Shown piece after piece: positions 30,785-32,000 of a stretch of DNA of 32,000 nucleotides; the first letter of the stretch is position 1; each line of letters begins with the position of its first letter. This DNA is from Kineococcus radiotolerans SRS30216 = ATCC BAA-149. Lineage in GTDB: Bacteria; Actinomycetota; Actinomycetes; Actinomycetales; Kineococcaceae. Location of the stretch: the NCBI RefSeq assembly GCF_000017305.1, contig NC_009664.2:1920001-1952000 (forward strand), given 5' to 3'. The notes below the pieces were generated by a model that searched no databases, was not told the DNA's origin, and saw only the letters and a list, made by a program, of their open reading frames with translations. The position numbers and the translations under genes are program-made.

Positions 30785-32000
30785 TCAGCTAGCAGCAGGA
30801 GGCGTGATCGCCGCAACCTGGCCGCTACCATCGACATCCGTCACGGTGCTGTTGGCAGTGCCGGGCAGGGCGGTCGCCGCCGCAAGGGCCCCCGTGCCAG
30901 CAGCCGTCGCCGTCGTGAAGACGATGGTGTTGCCATTCACCGCGGCCGTGAATGCACCGGTGTCACCCGTAAAGGTGTTGGGACCGGTAATGGCTTCGAT
31001 CTCCGCTTCGCTGACCGCGCCTGCTCCCGTGATACCGGCCGCCAGGGTCGGAGCCGAGGAGAAGGTAAGCGTCAACTGGTCGCCGACATTGTTCCCGAAG
31101 CCCGCGGTTCCACCAGCAGTGATGGCGCCGGCAGTGATGAACGGAGCCACCGCGTAGCTCAAGGTCGCACTCGGCACGAATTCTGCGCTGGCGTCCCGGT
31201 AGGTGATGTACAGCGTGTCACCCGGGTTGAAGCCCGTCGTAGTGATCGTCAGCCCACCAGTGGCATCTTCGGTACCGGTACCGATGGCAACGCCGGCGGC
31301 GTTGTAGACGGTCACGATGTCACCATCCGCCTGCCCTGCGCCCGAACCGAGAGCCACAACTTCGGTGCTCGCATTGGCGTTAACCGCCGCGGTGGTCAGT
31401 ACAGTCGGGAGGGTTGTACCGACAACGGTGCGGTCCGTGCTGCGGGCCACGTTCCAGTCGCCGACCGCGTTACCAACGGTGGACTCGACGACGGCAACAA
31501 CAGCAGCGTCGGTGTTAATGACGCCGTTACCGCGCACGACCTCGGCCACCGGCGCGCCAGTGATGTCGACCGTGAGCACCGTGCTCTGAGCACCGCTGAC
31601 CGTGAACGTGGCGTTGGCGCCATTGGTCAGGGTCGCTTCGTCCCCATCCGTCTCGATGAGCCGGATAGTGTCCCCAGCCGCGACCGTGATCGCGCTGTTG
31701 AAGTTGAACACGAGGTTTTCGTCCGCGTCGAGAACGTTGTCAGACGTGGTCTCGTTGCTGCTGAGGCTGGCCGCGGTGCTGTAGGGGCTCGCCGGGGCAG
31801 CCACGGCCGTGGTGCTGGTGTCGATGCGGCCGCTGACCGCGGATTCTTCGCCATTCACAGTCTGGGTGACGAAGAGGTCATAGGCGGTGGAAGCCGTCAG
31901 ACCGCTGGCCGTGATCTGGAAGCCGGCCGTAGTGGCATCCTGGTCGGCCACCGTCTGACCGCGCTGCAGGTCGGTCGCGCGATCAAAGGCGTTGTTGTTG
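30785..32000 (-). CDS. C-terminal 400+ residues of a large Thr/Ala/Gly/Val-rich, Cys-free surface protein (adhesin or S-layer-like, bacterial Ig-like modules); N-terminus outside the window
   Basis: Track ORF 30785..31951, but the frame stays open to base 32000 (..NNNAFDRATDLQRGQTVADQDATT..). It has repeated beta-strand-rich modules, e.g. GDTIRLIETDGDEATLTNGANATFTVSG, GDIVTVYNAAGVAIGTGTEDATGGLTITTTGFNPGDTLYITY and GDQLTLTFSS. The composition is acidic. It uses many A/T-ending codons, unlike the rest of the window. No LPXTG, CWB2 or LGFP anchor is visible in this part. Confidence 0.75.
   Translation of the reverse strand, partial: NNNAFDRATDLQRGQTVADQDATTAGFQITASGLTASTAYDLFVTQTVNGEESAVSGRIDTSTTAVAAPASPYSTAASLSSNETTSDNVLDADENLVFNFNSAITVAAGDTIRLIETDGDEATLTNGANATFTVSGAQSTVLTVDITGAPVAEVVRGNGVINTDAAVVAVVESTVGNAVGDWNVARSTDRTVVGTTLPTVLTTAAVNANASTEVVALGSGAGQADGDIVTVYNAAGVAIGTGTEDATGGLTITTTGFNPGDTLYITYRDASAEFVPSATLSYAVAPFITAGAITAGGTAGFGNNVGDQLTLTFSSAPTLAAGITGAGAVSEAEIEAITGPNTFTGDTGAFTAAVNGNTIVFTTATAAGTGALAAATALPGTANSTVTDVDGSGQVAAITPPAAS

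Noticed and set aside
30615-31157. 180-aa plus-strand ORF starting in the AT-richer spacer.
   Set aside because: Most of it is antisense to the surface-protein gene. It has a low-complexity A/V/P composition and no coding-like third-position bias.

Overview
The window is a very G+C-rich stretch, actinobacterial in style, that is almost fully coding. I support about 27 protein genes, one gene remnant, several GC-rich hairpin terminators between convergent genes, and a few dyad-symmetric intergenic elements. I found no rRNA, tRNA, CRISPR array, transposase or integrase. All calls rest on motif reading, GC3 and frame inspection by eye. No homology search or numerical computation was possible.

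Bases 1-22600 mix metabolism with cell-envelope and signalling genes:
- an S8 peptidase
- an endonuclease-V-like fusion protein
- a 2-hydroxyacid dehydrogenase
- a CMP/dCMP-type deaminase
- a GT4 glycosyltransferase divergent from a LOV-PP2C blue-light phosphatase
- a TetR / DUF1304 / NADP-oxidoreductase unit
- an orphan Phd/YefM-like gene
- two inverted DUF2079 membrane-protein paralogs
- a secreted NHL-propeller / Ig / FN3 / 3xCWB2 wall-bound protein divergent from a membrane GGDEF-EAL protein
- an R61-type DD-peptidase-like hydrolase
- a SnoaL-like protein
- a Xi-class GST (CPWA motif)
- a secreted beta-propeller
- a small Smr protein

From about 22600 onward the window is accessory. An intact GT39/PMT_2-type GT-C glycosyltransferase is followed by a roughly 5.9 kb segment of visibly lower G+C. 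That segment carries a 6-TM unknown protein, a COG2865 Schlafen/AlbA_2-type ATPase regulator, and a wall-anchored S8 protease with LGFP repeats. It ends in a decayed second copy of the internal and 3-prime part of the same GT39 gene. Next come AT-richer DNA and the C-terminal 400+ residues of a compositionally atypical Thr/Ala/Gly-rich surface protein that runs off the window.

The most interesting signals are the repeat-bracketed insert and its cargo, the LOV-PP2C photoreceptor, the CWB2 adhesin paired with the c-di-GMP enzyme, and a 53-bp four-half-site dyad element upstream of the Smr gene.
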